Below are positions 1 to 12,800 of a stretch of 64,000 nucleotides of DNA, piece by piece (the first letter of the stretch is position 1; every line of letters begins with the position of its first letter). Both the position numbers and the translations under genes were made by a program. The notes under the pieces are model-generated. The model had not been told where the DNA came from. It saw only the letters and a program-made list of their open reading frames with translations, and searched no databases. Source of the stretch: Antedon mediterranea (Eukaryota > Animalia > Echinodermata); contig NC_092674.1 of the NCBI RefSeq assembly GCF_964355755.1, forward strand, positions 27,714,001 to 27,778,000. Reading direction: 5' to 3'.

Positions 1-2319
1 GGTGAATATGCCTTATTCATTATTGCATGAAAAAAAACTTATTGCATACAAAAAAAATCTTGGAATTTTCCAAAAGTGAGTGATGCCTGCAGGGTGACTC
101 ACTTACTGTACAGTCTACAGTACTACTAACTGTATATTGTACACAATTAATAAAATGAAAAATATCCTACTGTATGGTATTTGTATAAAATAATGTCTGC
201 AATTCAATATGCATTGCAAGTCTGTACATTGGTACCATTTATTAAAATATACAGTATTGCATACTGCTGTACTGTAAAAGTGAATTTCTGTAGCAAGTGG
301 TTTATTGTGCTTTTCTGTAGGCAATGGAGTATTCTCTATCCTTATTAACAGGATCTATCTGCTCCTCCATGTTTGTGATTTATGGCTCTAATAAAGACAT
401 TCCTAAAATGTATACAAACAATAAGATTTATGTACTATAGTAGTCATTTTTAAAGTGCTTTGTGTAAAGTGATTGTTGTATCAGAAAAGAAATTGTTCAA
501 CTTTTAACCTTGCTTTACAACTTTCCCATGGGCTTTTCAAAGGAAATTTCTTGGCCATAAAAGATCATTTTCATTACCCTTCTTTTATATGGAATGAGGC
601 TTTAATTTCAGCATGGTAAACTAAGATAATAGGCCTACATAAATTAATTGTAACAACTGTTGAGAAATGAGTTTTGTAAAGTGAATATACAGTAATCTGG
701 TGTGAAAATAGAAAGATGAATGAATTCTATGAATTTTAACATCTGTCTCGCTTAATAAATCAATTTAATCATAATAAACTCTGATTAATCTGGTCTTCAC
801 ACAACTGATGTCAATAAACTTGGGAAGAAAATAATAAATAATGTTTTCCTTTATTTCACTATTTATTATACAGATTTTTTTTTTATTTGATTATTTTGTT
901 ACATTTTGTACAATTGCATTGTTAATTTTTTTTTAATGCTTACACAGTTATATACTTACTGTAGTACTGTACATTTTGGTACATGCTTCTATTCTGTTGG
1001 CTATATATAGTATAACACAATCAGTTTAATGTACTGTACAGTCCTAACAAAAGTTAATTTTTTGTTTATTTCTAGCTATATTTTTTACCTTTTGTTTAGA
1101 TTATTATTAATTAGTTATTCAATAAACTAATCAACTTAGTTTTACAGTATTTTATTATTGTATTACATTTAAACAGTACAGTATTTTTTAATTGTTGTGC
1201 TGTACCGAATAGATTTATAAATATAAGAAAGTTTTTAAATTTATATTTTGTTACCCATAGGTCAGAAAAAAATGTTGTTTTGTGTCTTGTACTGTAGAAT
1301 ATGGTGGTATACCGCTAACTATAACAACAGTACTTATTGTAACACTACCAATATAATGGCTACTAGAGCAAGCTGTGAAACTTTTAAACATTTTCATTGT
1401 TTATTATTTAATAAATGCTTCCTTTTTGTTTATATTAATTTAAGCATGTAAAGTTTCCTGTGGTTATTGTTCTTTTAAAAATGAATTGCCCTAAATATTG
1501 ATCAATAAAACCAATTAGTTGTGATTTTTACAATTAACAGTTGTTTGTTGAACAGATTTTGTTCCAGTAAAAATATATTTAATATGTCTTGTACATAAAA
1601 TAAAGGATTCATTTAATTTTTTAAATGCAGTTTATTATTTTTAATCTTTACAATGGTCTTTTTCACAATTTGCCACTTAATCAATGTAAACAGGTCATTC
1701 TGTGCATGAACAGAAGGACTTTTTAACTCGACAGCTGTATCTGTGAAGTTTAATTTGTTACTTTTCATGAGTTACTGTTGAATTTGTTCTTATCTGAAGA
1801 TGTTTATGTTTTTGCCCAGCTTTGTTTTTATTATTGATGGACACTTGACCATTACCACCAGGATATTATTCCTACCCTCTGGACATTTGTCAAGGCTGGT
1901 GTCCTTATCATTGGAAACAACCTGTAGCTACTGTAAAATAAAAACACTGCAGTAACAAGTAGTACTAATTGTAGTTCTGTACACAGTACAGGTACTTTGT
2001 TACAGTACAGTAGCTCTACCAACCAAATACAGAGATGCTGGGACACCAACCTTTTAAAGACTTCCACCCACCCTAAAGCTTATTTTAAGTCCCAGCCTAA
2101 TTTCAACAGCACCGACGACCCAAGAAACCTCTACTACTACTGACTGTACAGTACTTCTCTATCTACCTACTGTACAGTACCTGAAAATGCTTAGGAGAGG
2201 GGCCAGTCTTACTTACACATCAGAATGTATACATGTACTGTACTTTTGTGTCCTGCTGTAGTAAATGAACTTTCATGAATCTACTGACACATTGGTGACA
2301 CAAGTAAATCACCAAAGAC

Positions 2320-2382
2320 AATAGATCACATTACTGTCATCACATAGATCACATGACAGTCATCACATAGATCACCTGACAG
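2320..2382. repeat. short tandem repeat, about 3 x 23 bp
   Basis: ATAGATCACATGACAGTCATCAC units. Confidence 0.75.
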
Positions 2383-2531
2383 TTTACAATGACCTTCCAC
2401 ATTGATCTTATTGACCTCGATTTCACAGACTTTTGCAAGGTTGATGTACTGTACAGTACATTATAAATGTATTATTTGATTTCTCTTCAATTGTATCTAC
2501 TGTAACAACATTCTATACCAACATTCTGTAA

Positions 2532-2624
2532 ATCTCTGTCTACACTATCAAACTAGTTTAACAAAAAAATGTTCATTCATTGGCACATTTTTTAAAAATA
2601 AAGTTTGATGGTGTAAACAGAGCT
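2532..2624. mobile_element. MITE family A copy
   Basis: TAA|ATCTCTGTCTACACTATCAAAC...GTTTGATGGTGTAAACAGAGCT|TAA. Confidence 0.8.
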
Positions 2625-3562
2625 TAATAACATTCTGTACCAATATTCTGTACCAACATTCTTTACAGTACAGTATGAACAATTTGTATATTGTTGTAAA
2701 ATAATATTGTTTTAAAAGTCTTGAAAATTAAATGAATGATTATAAAAAATGTAAAACAGAAAATAATTAAACATACCACACATATAATATTCCCTGTACA
2801 TGATCACAAGTTCTTAATTTTATTAGAGAGAAACTACTTTTAGAACGGAAGTATTTCAGTGAACCTGCCAAGCTCATAATCAACTATTTCACTGAATTTA
2901 ATCAGCGTAAAAATAAATAAATAACATGTTTTTATTGCCAATTTTGTATCAATGGGTTCCTTCAATGTGGGTGGTTATTTCTTGTTTCGATTCTCGGTAA
3001 TAACAATTACACTGGACAAATCTGTAATTCAAATAGTTTAAATAAAGTGAAAGTTTATCTAATATTACTGTAAATATACATTTAATACTGTACATTTAAT
3101 TAAAATATTTCTGATTTATTTTTTGACAGTTTTAAACAAGCTCTGGCATTGAATGATTATTTTCTGCTTTCTCGTACAAAAAAAAAATTCTCCACTACTG
3201 TAATTCCCATTGATTTCTTGTCAGTGATATTTCTTTATTCAACGCTTAATGCATTTGTTGCCATAGTTACTGTCAACATGGTATACACCAAATTTGTTTT
3301 CTACGATGATGCGCGTACAGTAAATATTCAAATCGGCTAAAATTAATTTATGTTGGATGTGATGAATTGTATTGTACAGTAGTATTACTAGTATGCTCTG
3401 GTTTCTCTATAATGAGAGGTAAATTGATTGTGGTCTATCAAAGTTTGAACGCAAAAAAATACAGTACTGTAGTTAAACATCCATTTTATTGAGATGGAAA
3501 GAGTCATTTTAAACATATTAAAAATATTATCGTTCCTTTGTACGTGTAACCTATCCAAGTTA

Positions 3563-3926
3563 CAGTAGAGCGTCTATTAAGGAGACAGCTTCATGCCCAA
3601 AATAGGGATTTCCTCTGAATATGGGTTGGCTGTAGTGTTAAAACAATTTCAATGTTTGAGGATGTCCCCTGAATAGAGATGTCCCCCTGAATATGGATGT
3701 CCCCCTGAATATGGATGTCCCCCTGAATATGGATGTCCCCTGAATATGGATGTCCTCTGAATATGGATGTCCCCCTGAATATGGATGTCCCCTGAATATG
3801 GATGTCTTTGAATAGGGATGTCCCCTGAATATGGATGTCTTTGAATAGGGATGTCCCCTGAATATGGATGTCTCCTAAATAGGAATGTCCCCTAAATAGG
3901 GATGTCCCAAAGAAGGGCTTTCAATG
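3563..3926. mobile_element. TA-flanked Tc1/pogo-type MITE (CAGT...ACTG ends) with internal minisatellite
   Basis: TA|CAGTAGAGCGTCTATTAAGGAGACA...TTTCAATG|TA; relatives at 13731-13893, about 42860-42930 and about 61566-61690. Confidence 0.6.
3660..3908. repeat. 17-18 bp minisatellite (GGATGTCCCCTGAATAT)n
   Basis: About 14 tandem units. Confidence 0.95.
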
Positions 3927-6279
3927 TATCGAGGTTAAATCAAGTACTGCATATTTAACTTGAATATAATTTGAGTCTGCTTAAGCGTGCATAGTGTAGA
4001 ACTGAGTAACTCTACTGTAGTGTGTGTGTAAACACAGCATGTTGAATAAAACAGTTCCCACTTTATTAAAGCAATTTGTGGTAGCATCAAATTTCATACT
4101 AGAAAAAAATGATTAACAAGTGTATTGAAGAACACTCAGGTGTAGGCGACCACAGTAGGTTTCGGAAGGTGCGTCCAATCATGGAATCATTCATAGCTCC
4201 ATGGTCCAATTAAACAACCGGAGGCAATGAAGGTGTGTCAAAGGTTAACATCATTGCTGGAAACCACAGGGATTCTGGGATATTTTTAGAAATAGGTTAA
4301 CCTTGCAACCTCAGACAGTGATTTTATTTTGGGACCTCAGGGGTGGCTTGAACAAAGAAGCCCAGTTATGTGGTGTTTATGTAGCTCATTGAGCCAGAGG
4401 TGTTTTTATTGCAAAATACTGATTACTTATTGGTATAAATTGAGAACATTTGGAAATGAACTTGCAATGTAGCTATTTTTATTACTTTGGCATGAATTTG
4501 ATATTTTGATCTAATTTATATATAAATATCTTATCTTAAAATAATCTTAGGGGAACTGGTGGTGTTCTACTTATTAAATGGGGTCGTAGTGACAACAACC
4601 AAGATGATTTGTAAAAATGACATTGACTTTATTATTGTTAAAACATTTGATAACCTTTAATATGTTGAAACCATACGTATGAAAATAAAAAAAATATATA
4701 AATATTATAAAAATAACAAATAAAATAAAAATGTTAAAAATAAAATTTAAAAAAGGAATACTGTATTTAAAAAAAGAATGGAAATTGAATGCATAACATT
4801 GTTATTATGGGCCTCTGTCACTTCAATTTTAAAACGTCACCTTTAATTTAAATCAGGCCAAACGAATGACCTTTATTGTTATAATTTACTACGGAATTTC
4901 TCCAATAAGAATAATAATAGTATTGTTTTGTATCCCTAGTATAATTTATAATAATCCTGCATAATTTACGAACAATGCTTAACATTGTTTATATAACAAA
5001 GGTCATCAACCGTATTATCATATTTATTAGTATTAATACGTATTATTAATTCCAACTCACAGGTCAGAGTGAAAGTCGTATAATCAACTACGCTTAAAAA
5101 TACAACGGCATAAATGATTAATTGAAATTTACTAGTACTGCAGTATACTATACTGTAGTATTAGTAGTAGATTTAGATTAATTGCAATTAATTGACATTA
5201 TTTTTTGTTGACAACTTGTTTATAATAAGGCTTCATTGATTTACACAATTGCCATATTGCACAGCTTACGGATTTACCCTGTAAAAGGAAACTATAATTA
5301 CTAAATCATAAATCATATTTATTTTCCCATAAAAGCAAGCATACTGTTGGCAAAATTACAAATAAAAATGTTTGAATATCTATAATTCTAATTTCCTTGG
5401 GGAGATTGTTAATTTATGTGCTCAACAATAATGGTTTAAAATGAGCAGATTGTGTGAGGAATGTAGCCTGTTGTTCTCGTTCTATTGTTCTATAAGCCAG
5501 CCTACTCAATGATCTTTTCTAGGATTTGAATGGAATTACTCTAGAATACGCCCTTTTATTTCAGTTTTTAATGTATTTTTGTGTTGTTAATTTGGGTTTT
5601 TTTTCTGCATTCATTCTGGTTAAAGTTATTCTATTCAATTAAATCAAAATTAAAAAGTTTATATAATTTCTAATTGGACATTTTGAAGAAAAATATGTCA
5701 AGTATAATAAATTTGTATTTGCTTTTTAAAAAGTAATACTATTGCTTCTATAAAGTCTAAAATGATGTTAATCATTTTTTTGATAAAATTTTATGATGTC
5801 AATAAACTTGCTTAGAAATGTTAAGGTACCCATATTTTTACAAATAATAGGTTTTAATTGATTTCGTAGATGGTAGAGTAGATATTCCATAATCAGTCAA
5901 TCATATCAGTTTCAAGATCACATGGTGTGGAAATAATTTAGGGTTAATAGCTTCCTGAAAAGATTAGATGCAACAGATTACAGTAGTTACAAAACATTCC
6001 AATGAATTCTACTTTATTAAACATCTAAACATTAATTTGTTAAATAATTCTGCCATGGTTACTATACATACACTACAGTAAGTTTGAGCATAGAGATATT
6101 ATGAAGCTTTGGCTTTTGGCCGACTGAAGACCAAACTATGTCATTTAGTTTATTGTATCGCTAGGTCCAGACCGAAGACAGTGTCATTTGACATGACCTA
6201 GGATTCGGTATGTACTCGGTTGTTGCAAATCGAATGCTATGGCTTGAGCAACCCACAAGAAATACTGTTATCATTATAT

Positions 6280-6604
6280 GGAGAGGTACAGACGTGTGAC
6301 GCAGTGTGTTGGACGTTGGACTACCGATCGTCAGACCTAGGTTCGAATCCAACTCTCGCCACATTGCTTGTATCCGTAGGCAAGATACTTTACTTACGTT
6401 GCCTCTCTCCACCCAGGTGTATAAATGGGTACCCAGTTAGATCTAGACACAACTTTGCGCTGGTTACCGGCTGCATTATGGGAGTATGTTTCCATACGTG
6501 TTTGATCCCAAAAAATACTGGGGTAATAATGCTTGTAAAGCGCCTTTGAGCATGATTACTCATGAAAAGGGCGCTATATAAATGTGGTATTATTATTATT
6601 ATTA
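6280..6604 (+). mobile_element. tRNA-derived SINE with CORE-like middle and L2-type 3' tail
   Basis: A-box-like TGACGCAGTGTG; B box GGTTCGAATCC (6340-6350); GGCAAGATACTTTAC...TGTATAAATGGG middle; GTAAAGCGCCTTTGAG...GCGCTATATAAAT tail; (ATT)n end. Confidence 0.8.
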
Positions 6605-6849
6605 CAGACAAAGAGTTGTCTCTGAACAACTAAATTCTAAAAAATAATTACATCATAACTATTTCGCAAACAAAGTTGTATCATACTGTATGCAGTAGTA
6701 TCATTTGCATTATTGAAGAATAAGAGCTATATCACTTATCAGTCAGTATACTATTATTACAATGTAAATTGGTACAGTTTTCCTAAGTAACTCAACAGGT
6801 ACAGCACTATAAATTTATCATTAATAATTATTGGTGTTTTTTTTTGCAG

Positions 6850-6890
6850 GGACACTAAACCATATTCCTTTGCTGACTGCAGTAAAAATG
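6850..6890 (+). CDS. WWC1: KIBRA exon (WW1-WW2 linker)
   Basis: ttttgcag|G GAC ACT AAA...AAT G|gtaaat; DTKPYSFADCSKN. Confidence 0.9.
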
Positions 6891-9800
6891 GTAAATATAA
6901 TTTTATTTTGTTTAAATAAATCGTTTTTTTTTGTGTAAAAATAAACCAGCATCAACGCTAAGTTATGCACCAAAGTGACTCATTTAAGTTTAACGTCCAC
7001 GATGAGCATGTGATCAAAGATTTAATTAATAATGCTCGTCACACTGTTGGACGAAGCCGCCCTTTGTATACAATAGATATTTTATTATGCAAATAAGTGG
7101 AGATTTAACACAATCTGAAATGCGTTGCCAATTAAATTTAATAGCTTTCTTGTTTATTATAATGATGCTGTGTTTACATTATTGTTTTGTTACAATGCTT
7201 GCGCCTTTGCTACTCTAATAAATCATAGAGTTTCAAAATCATTATTCTCCATTAAATACTTTTGATTAAAACGCATAATGTAATTAATTAAAAGTTCAAT
7301 ATCATAATTTAAATTTGTTTTTCAGAGCTGCCAATAGGATGGGAGCAAGGATATGATGATCAATTAGGAGTTTACTACATTAACCATATCCATAGTAAGT
7401 ATGTTCTTCAACCCTAACACTACAGAGCGCCCATCTAAGAAACTGGATATCTGTAATTACTGTTTTTTTTTCAATCAACCAGTAATGTTGATATCCCCCT
7501 CCCCTGACTCTTCTAACAGCATATTGATTGAACAGTACCATTTCATTTTCTTATATTCAATCAATCACGTTAGCGGTAGTATAATTGTTGATAGAATTTA
7601 GAAACTATTTTTTTCAAACCACCTGTTACTTATTGTTGTTACTACAGAACAGTAGTTTCTTTAATTTAAAAAAAAACAAATTCTCTGTATTTTGCCGTTT
7701 TTATTCACTGAAATATTGTTCTCATTGACAACATAGTAACCTTCTTTTAAACATCTAATAAGATTATTCAATTAAAATTGATGTGTTCCCTTAGGCCTAA
7801 ACTCTTTCTCACCATTTCACTGCATGTAGTGACACCTAGGTGATGTAAGATATGACATTACAAAGTTATAATACACTCTACTGTAGGTATAACATTATGT
7901 CGTTTATCTAAGTACATTCCAAGGAGTGGTAATTTGGAATTTTAGTTACGTACTCAGTACGTGCCCAGTTGAACGAATGTACTAGATTTTGCAATATGTT
8001 TAGATTAGATATTTCTATAAATAAAGGCTTATGTCTTTTTCTTTTCTTGCTTGTAAATTTCATGACAAGTAAAATTAGGTTTCAAAATAAAATTACAGTA
8101 CTGAATATTCCGAAAACTGTAAAGAAGATTTATTTTTAAATATGGTAGTAGAAAAAAAAAAAAAAAACCAAAAAGGTGAAAAATGGGCCATGTTTAAAAA
8201 ACCTCTTTGCTGTAATGTAGGTGAAATTAATAATTATTTTATAAGTGTAAATTTAAGGTTACAGTATATTAATTATAAAATAAACTAGGTGGGAACGCAT
8301 TTTAACCACTCCACACTCTTTTTTTCAGGACAACATCTTTAATATTAATATTTGTAATAATTTATTCCAAGTATTCCTACTTGCTAAAATAGTTTTATTA
8401 AAACTGTATTTTTACAAAAAAAATTCCATATATAGTGTAATACTAAATCTCAACTTTACTACTGTATAGCATTCCTATTGTTATAAAAGCGAGAAAATAT
8501 TTCGAGTATTTTGTTGATTAGTTTATGGTTACAATTAACAATAGATAATTAATGACCCATGTCCTATAGTCTGTTTAATTTGTCACACCTGTCTGCCATC
8601 CAATAGAATTCAACTTTTTTTATCACAAAATTTATTCCATTCACAAAGGTGAAATACCTTTCCATTGGAAAACAATTCTAACACTAATTAATGTATTGAA
8701 TTTGCAATTTTAACTATTTAAAAAATTAATTAGTTGATTTAATGCAATGTGTTTTATTATTGCAATCATTTAATAATAAGCCCTTGTGGCTATATTCACC
8801 ATTCACACTACTTAGTCTAAGGAAAATAATCACCCTTAAAAATTAAAAAAATTAAAGTACAATTTAAGGGAAATATTCAATATTTATTGAGTTAAGCGAA
8901 ATACTAATATTTAAAGGAAATACTGTATTTTACTTACCGTAAGTGTGATTGGTGAATATAGCCACTGGAACCTTGATAGTTTGTTGCCTAAAATTTAGTT
9001 TTTCAAAATTTATATTAAAATCATTAAAAAGGCTTCTTCATTGATTTTCTGAACGTTTTTACATCCATTATGTTTCTCTTTTGTCCCTTAGAATCAAATC
9101 AAATTGAAGATCCACGATTACAATGGCGTCATCAACAAGACCAGATGCTCAAAGATTATTTACAATCGGCATCGAGAGAATACGAAACAAAACAAGAAAT
9201 AGTTAACATTAAACAACAACGGTTACAGCTTGCAGAAGCAGAGGTAAAAACTGGGGTTTTTTATGATATTTTGTTTAAAAAATGAAATGAAAAATCTAAA
9301 TTATTTTATAAGAATAAACAACTATGAGGAGATGGAGAGTGATAATCAACTTAGAAAAAAAACCTCTTCTATATACTTACTCGTTTCCGGAGCTCAGTTG
9401 TGTTGGATCCAGAGTCGAGGCTATGCCTATAAGCCCCTCTTGAAAATGACATATCTCGAATGTGCCGCAAATTTTAAATACATGTATAGGTTTGATTCTA
9501 TTCTGTGTTTCAAATGTGTGTGTGTGTGTGTGGACACATATTTAAGATTTTATGAAACCTTAGTTTTTGATAAATATGAATGTGAAGTTACTTTAGCTGA
9601 TACTTGTAATTGACAGTAAAAAAACTACAGAAAAACAATTTTTTTTTATATTTATTACTTTTATTTTTCAGTTTGATCATCTGAATTACCATTTAAATGG
9701 TTGGCAATCTCGATCAAGTTGTAAGTACACTGTAAAATATGTTTTATGAATGAGAATAACTATTATAAACAACAGTACCTTGTAGAGACTAACATTTGTA

Positions 9801-12800
9801 CAGTGGTAAAACTTTAGATGTAATAAAATATTGTGTCTTATTTATTATTCAACAACACTAAAAACTAGCCTCAGACACTTAAATATTCACAAGCAACACT
9901 ACAGTAGGCTCACAGACAAAGAAAATCAGCCATAATTTACAGCTATTCGGCCTTGGTAAAGTCTTGTGATTTCCATGGGTGGAAACAAGCCTCTAAGCAC
10001 CTCCTATTTTCAATGGATTATTGCACAAACAAAAGCCCTACCCATTTCAGAATGCTAGGAATGTCTTTTATTTAAAACTGTGTAAACTGTTTGCCTTATC
10101 TTTACTAGTCAATTCTCTTATCAGGCAGGTGTTCCATTTGTCTGCGTCTGTGGTTTTCATATTCTATTATTATGTATTTCACTCGCAGAAAACGATTACT
10201 ATTATTATAATACTCCAGAATTCTTAATTTGTATTTTTGTAATCTAGAAAAAAATTGTGTAATCTATTCTTATGCAATTCAATTCTGGTGAAAAAAAAAA
10301 TGAAATGTTTCAGGTGAATAATTAAAAGAATGTAGCTCTTTTGTCGTATGTGTGACTTTATTTAAATTAGTTGGTTTCTGACTTATTAGTGTTCTGAAAA
10401 GAATTTATCAATTATTTGTAAAAATGTTCTGGGCGTAAAAACAAGTACAATTTATTGGAGTTCAGAAAGAGAGAAGCAGAGAGTACTACAAGTGGTTTAT
10501 TCTTAACCTTTTTTTCGTGTGCTGCTGGTAAACTAAGATACTATGATTGGAATAGGTTTTATACAAATTAATATTTTTCCACAACATTCCACAAGTGAGT
10601 AACTCATTTCATTTTTTAAATACCAATATCATCTAATATTTTCTTTTATTTTAAATATTTAATGTAATTTTCTTTTTTCTACAGTAAATTCAACAAGTTC
10701 AACAGGAAGTACAAAGTATGACCCTGACCTTCTCAAAGCTGAGGTTGATAATGCCAAGAGAAGAGTTGCCATGCTGCAAGACCAGCTTCAGAAAATCCAG
10801 ACGGAATTACAATATCATAAACATGGAATCGAAACCTTGTCAAAGTAAGAATACCGTTAAGTGTAATTTGAACCCTACTCCTTTTTATAATAAAGTATTT
10901 TGTGTCTGCAAAAAAAAAAGAATCAAATAATAGGCATCACACAATTATCATTACGGACGTTTTGATTTGCGGTGACTAACCGCCAAACTACGTCGCGACG
11001 TGTTAGTTCATTGTGCGCATGCAGAAATATTCCGAAACAGGTTTGATGGTTTCTAGGTCCAGGCGACGACCGACAGCACATCGATTGACCTGACCTAGGT
11101 TGATCGTCGGTCCTCCTTCGTAGCAAATCGAAAACTCCCTATTGTTTGGTGTAGAACTGATCTGTAACATACACACAATATATCATTCATGTCAAGTCTT
11201 AAGATTGTGGTTAGGAGCTAATTTCCAATGAAATAAAAAGTCACAACCAAGAAGAAAGTTAATACTTCCAATTATGTCTCAACAGCTATAAAACATTTAA
11301 CATTGTTAGAGTAGAATAGTATACAAGTATTTGAAAAGTATCATTTTGGTTGAGGTCACTACCCAAGAGTTTGTGGTCAGGAACAAAAATGTTTATTAAA
11401 TTTATAAGTAATAGTCACGTAAAAATGTGACATTTAATAAACCCAATTTAGTATCAAAATACAGATTTATGATTGGAATTTGATTTGAACAATTTGTCTG
11501 TATTTTATTGTTTTTTCTGAAATATATTATAGGTTGGTTAAGAATTTTTTCATTATTTTGATTGTACTATTGAACCAGAAGTTTGCACTTAAATGTTTGG
11601 TTATTACAAAAAAACATCAAAATTATTGTAGTTAAAATAAAAACTATGATGCAAAAAAAATTAGTGATGATTTATTATTATTTACGATTGGTTCAGAGTT
11701 TAATCGTTTAAATCCTTTTTTTTTCCTGTAGTGTGGACAAGAAAATGTCAGCAGGGCAGGATGCTGTAACATACCAAGTCGATGATGTGAAAGCTATTAT
11801 AGATGAAGTCACCTCAATCAAACAATCACTAGCTGTAGGAGAGAAACAAAAACAAGACCTATGTGAAGTATGTACAACTTTGTGTGAAATATATAGTCGG
11901 TAGCATGTTATTAAGGGGTGCATTTTAAAATATGTTCTGTTGGCTGGCCTTGGCAAGCATTGCTTTTGGGATTTAGCACCTCTATATAGGTTGCTGTATT
12001 AAAAAGAATGTTTATTATCCGTTTATCCTCTTCAGTTCCAATCCCAATCTTAATGTCTGATTTCACAGTCATATCCCTGGGTATAGTCCCAGTATTGACT
12101 GGATGGATGTAGGTCTCTTTCTCTCTCTCTAGCCAGTTAGGTGACTTTTTACAACAAATGCCTACCAATCATTTTTTTCCTGAACGAGGGTTTTCTCGGT
12201 TATAGTCCCACCCCTCAAAGTCGGGCCAATTTCGTGTTCTTGAGGGTAGGATTGTACCAGAAGTAGGATTATTACTAAATTGTAACAAGTGAAATTACGT
12301 TAATTTAAATTGTTTTTAAAAAAAGCTTTATATTCAGTGTGTTAAATACACAAAGGTAGCATAAGCATAGAGCAACCAACAACATCCTGAGTAGCACCCT
12401 TAATAATTAAACTACAGTAAACCTATTGATTTTGTTTGTTGTAACAATATTGAATTCCTAGTGCTAATGAATGAAGCATGATTTTCTACTACCAAGGTCA
12501 CTTTTTGACAAAATAAAACATTTTACATATCAAAGGAATTTGTACAACATCCTGTTTTATGTTCCTTAACATGTGATCATAATTACTAATTAGTCAATTT
12601 GTCCTCATTTTGATTTACTATGTTTATTTTTTTGTCAAACTGATTTCCTCCTCAGTTTCAGTAAAATTTATAATTGGCATTTTAATCGGAATGTCACTAT
12701 AAAGGCCAACATTTTGATGGAAATTGGAATGTCTTTAAAAAAATTGAATGCAACCATTGTTTTGTAAAAAAAGTAAATGAAAAAATAGTTATTTTTTATT

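Noticed and set aside
6161-6629. Three overlapping ORFs
   Set aside because: They lie in a SINE and a MITE and have no protein motifs.
9092-9120. Missing second Trp in WW2 (QIEDP)
   Set aside because: A normal feature of the KIBRA family.
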